From Spirochaetaceae bacterium (GTDB lineage Bacteria > Spirochaetota > Spirochaetia > DSM-27196 > PWMO01), in the NCBI GenBank assembly GCA_007693325.1, contig REDW01000090.1, forward strand, positions 32,504 through 96,503: a stretch of DNA of 64,000 bases. The letters are read 5' to 3'. The position numbers were made by a program, and so were the translations under genes. The notes beneath the pieces are model-generated. The model had not been told where the DNA came from. It searched no databases and saw only the letters and a program-made list of their open reading frames with translations. Shown here piece after piece: positions 62,339-64,000 of this stretch. The stretch's first letter is position 1, and each line of letters opens with the position of its first letter.

Positions 62339-63760
62339 TTAGAAGACTGTAACGTCGTAGCCGAGGTAGGTCTCGAACGCCTCCCTCAACGGGGCAACGT
62401 GGTTGCCCGGGGTAATGCTCACGTGATGCCGGTGGCCGGTACGGCCGATCCATTGCAGCACGTTCTGCAGCCCCGCAATCTCCGCCACGCCGGCACAGCC
62501 GAAGAAGCCCGCGGGAATCGGGTCATCGGTGATTCTGCCGCTGCCCAGGTAGAAACGTAGTTTGCCGGCTTCGGTGATCATGCTCGAATAGGTAAAATCC
62601 ATCTCGCGGATCCGGCCCTGGTTGCAGCCAAATCCGTAGCCCTCACCAAGACTGTTGGCCAGGATGCTGTGATCCGAGATTGTGCCCTTCTCGCGCATCA
62701 GGCTGCGCGGGACGTTGCCGCAGTGGAACAGGATGCACTTGTCCGGTTCATCACCGTAGTTGTTGTTCCAGTCCAGAATACTGGTAGCCTCGCCGGAGGC
62801 CGCGCCCAGGGCGTACATCACGACCGCGTTGGCGATATCAACTTCGCAGGCGGCCGGTACGCCATGGTCTGCCAGGTCGCCGGTAACCAGACACGGCGAA
62901 ATGCGGTAACGGCGCTGGAGTTCGGTCCAGCAGCGGATTGCCAGCGTGTCTATTGACATTTCGTCGGTCAGCCCATCGAGGACAAGCTTGAGGCGGGTGA
63001 GGTTCTCGAGCGTCTCCGGCGGCGTCTTGCTCCAGTCAGCAACCTCGGCTAGCGCTTGCTTGCATGTCTTGAACGCCGCCGAAGCGTTATCAACAGCGTC
63101 CATGCGGTCAAAGACGTCAGCGAGATCGGTGGTCTCGACGGTAATTCCGTGATTCTGCAGCGCGATCTCGTCGGCGCGCACGGTCTTGAACGGTGTGGTA
63201 CGGGCACCGATAGCGCCGACCACCAGACGGCGCAGCCCTCGCGTAACGCGACAGATGCGGTCAAAGTCGGCGATGTTTTGCTCAAACTGCACGCTCTGCG
63301 GGTGCACGGTGTGTGGGATCAGGTTGGTGAAACGAATGCGTGCCTGCTTCAATACGTCCATAACCGAGAGCTTGCCGCAAAAGGAGTCGCGCCGCTCCTT
63401 GGGACCGAGCTTGTCGAGCTCGTCGGGATAGGCATGAATGAATATCGGTACATCGACGTCGCGAAGCGCCTCCATCGCCCCGTTTTCGTCACCGAAGTTG
63501 GGTAGCGACAGGATCACGCCGTCGATGCTGGTACGGTTCTGGCGCACAAACTCGGCGAATACACGACCCTCTGCCGCTGTTTCTACGGCGCCCAGACGCG
63601 TAGCGTTGTCATCAAGCATCAACACATCGTGACCTAGCCGCTTCAGCACGTCGCCGACTTCCTTGCGTGCCGATGTCATGTAGTGCGACGGAAAGAAGCC
63701 GCGGTTTCCAAAGACCAGCGCAAAACGTGACTTTGCGCCCATTACGTCCATTGTGCCCAT
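62339..63760 (-). CDS. L-fucose/L-arabinose isomerase family protein
   Basis: FucI-like short-form pattern (FGNRGFFPS, LPNFGDE, CEVD). GAGGAGG RBS lies 9 nt upstream. Confidence 0.75.
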   Translation of the reverse strand: MGTMDVMGAKSRFALVFGNRGFFPSHYMTSARKEVGDVLKRLGHDVLMLDDNATRLGAVETAAEGRVFAEFVRQNRTSIDGVILSLPNFGDENGAMEALRDVDVPIFIHAYPDELDKLGPKERRDSFCGKLSVMDVLKQARIRFTNLIPHTVHPQSVQFEQNIADFDRICRVTRGLRRLVVGAIGARTTPFKTVRADEIALQNHGITVETTDLADVFDRMDAVDNASAAFKTCKQALAEVADWSKTPPETLENLTRLKLVLDGLTDEMSIDTLAIRCWTELQRRYRISPCLVTGDLADHGVPAACEVDIANAVVMYALGAASGEATSILDWNNNYGDEPDKCILFHCGNVPRSLMREKGTISDHSILANSLGEGYGFGCNQGRIREMDFTYSSMITEAGKLRFYLGSGRITDDPIPAGFFGCAGVAEIAGLQNVLQWIGRTGHRHHVSITPGNHVAPLREAFETYLGYDVTVF

Positions 63761-63848
63761 GTTAGTGTGCCTCCTCGACAGATTCGGGTAGTGTCCGGTA
63801 GTATATCATACACTCTGAAACTGCAAAACAGAAACCAGGAGTTCAGGC

Positions 63849-64000
63849 GTGGGTCATAACGGTACAGCCACCGTCATCGAGAATGTCTGGATAGAACCCT
63901 CCGATGGTTGTCGGCTGGCTGCCAAGCTGTGGCTGCCGCCGGGTGCCGAACACGAAGCGGTGCCGGCAGTGCTCGAGTATATCCCGTACCGCAAGCGCGA
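63849..64000 (+). CDS. CocE/NonD family hydrolase (X-Pro dipeptidyl-peptidase S15-like), 3' end cut by window edge
   Basis: Not in the ORF track. GTG at 63849 has AGGAG 8 nt upstream (spacer ttcaggc). It translates to VGHNGTATVIENVWIEPSDGCRLAAKLWLPPGAEHEAVPAVLEYIPYRKR, a typical CocE/NonD N-terminus. Confidence 0.55.
   Translation, partial: MGHNGTATVIENVWIEPSDGCRLAAKLWLPPGAEHEAVPAVLEYIPYRKR

Noticed and set aside
1-64000. CRISPR arrays, tRNA/rRNA genes, IS elements, integrases, prophage or toxin-antitoxin pairs
   Set aside because: I found no regularly spaced direct repeats, no tRNA-like T-loop/acceptor patterns in the few non-coding spacers, and no transposase-, recombinase- or phage-like translations in the ORF track. 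The only compositional island noticed is the cyclase gene's 5' part.

Overview
This is a 64-kb, almost fully coding, high-G+C segment. Typical 60-nt lines I hand-counted hold about 36-40 G+C. It looks chromosomal and comes from a diderm bacterium (TolC-like gene, beta-barrel OMPs, lipoprotein-type signal peptides). I cannot assign a taxon from the sequence alone.

I support about 60 protein genes. I saw no rRNA, tRNA, CRISPR array, transposase, integrase or phage genes.

Gene content in window order:
- CoA-transferase, enoyl-CoA hydratase and an MFS transporter, followed by a second MFS gene.
- A minus-strand SDR, TIM-barrel isomerase and Gfo/Idh/MocA operon behind a perfect 18-bp palindrome.
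- A tightly coupled 8-gene minus-strand operon: LivHMGF-type ABC importer, DHOD/DPD-like flavoprotein with a ferredoxin domain, Gfo/Idh/MocA, NagB-like deaminase and ROK regulator. Its binding protein is transcribed divergently.
- A non-pyrrolysine MttB-family methyltransferase plus a GNAT gene, divergent from a BtuFCD-like importer, a PduO-type adenosyltransferase and PabB/PabC-like genes.
- FGE with a metallophosphoesterase; an FAD oxidoreductase; an epimerase/SDR/CPBP operon.
- ArfB, an orphan DUF1007 gene, an O-methyltransferase, a Na/Pi-PhoU transporter and SurE.
- A TolC/MacA/MacB-type efflux operon, divergent from an OmpR/HK pair.
- A lone class III nucleotidyl cyclase, GlgP, a 7TMR-DISM GGDEF protein and a DEAD-box helicase.
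- Split transketolase with a cupin gene, divergent from DeoR, an MtlD-like gene and a beta-carbonic anhydrase.
- A FeoB cluster, a beta-barrel protein, a FucI-like isomerase and a truncated CocE/NonD hydrolase.

The best candidate for something undescribed is at 56774-61951. FeoB is translationally coupled to one polypeptide that fuses an MprF-flippase-like membrane domain, a nicotianamine-synthase-like domain and a FeoA domain. A second stand-alone NAS-like paralogue precedes it. The cluster is flanked by AT-rich spacers that share a recurring (C)ATACTTGA motif and a 43-nt perfect palindrome.

Secondary leads:
- An A/T-rich cyclase gene with a death-domain-like (EAD-like) N-terminus.
- OmpR-style 11-bp-phased repeats in the efflux/TCS divergent promoter.
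- A shared TGCATGCAAC operator.
- Several start-codon and leader oddities: a possible CTG start, a leaderless DeoR mRNA and upstream mini-ORFs.

All family assignments are motif recognition by eye, not database searches.
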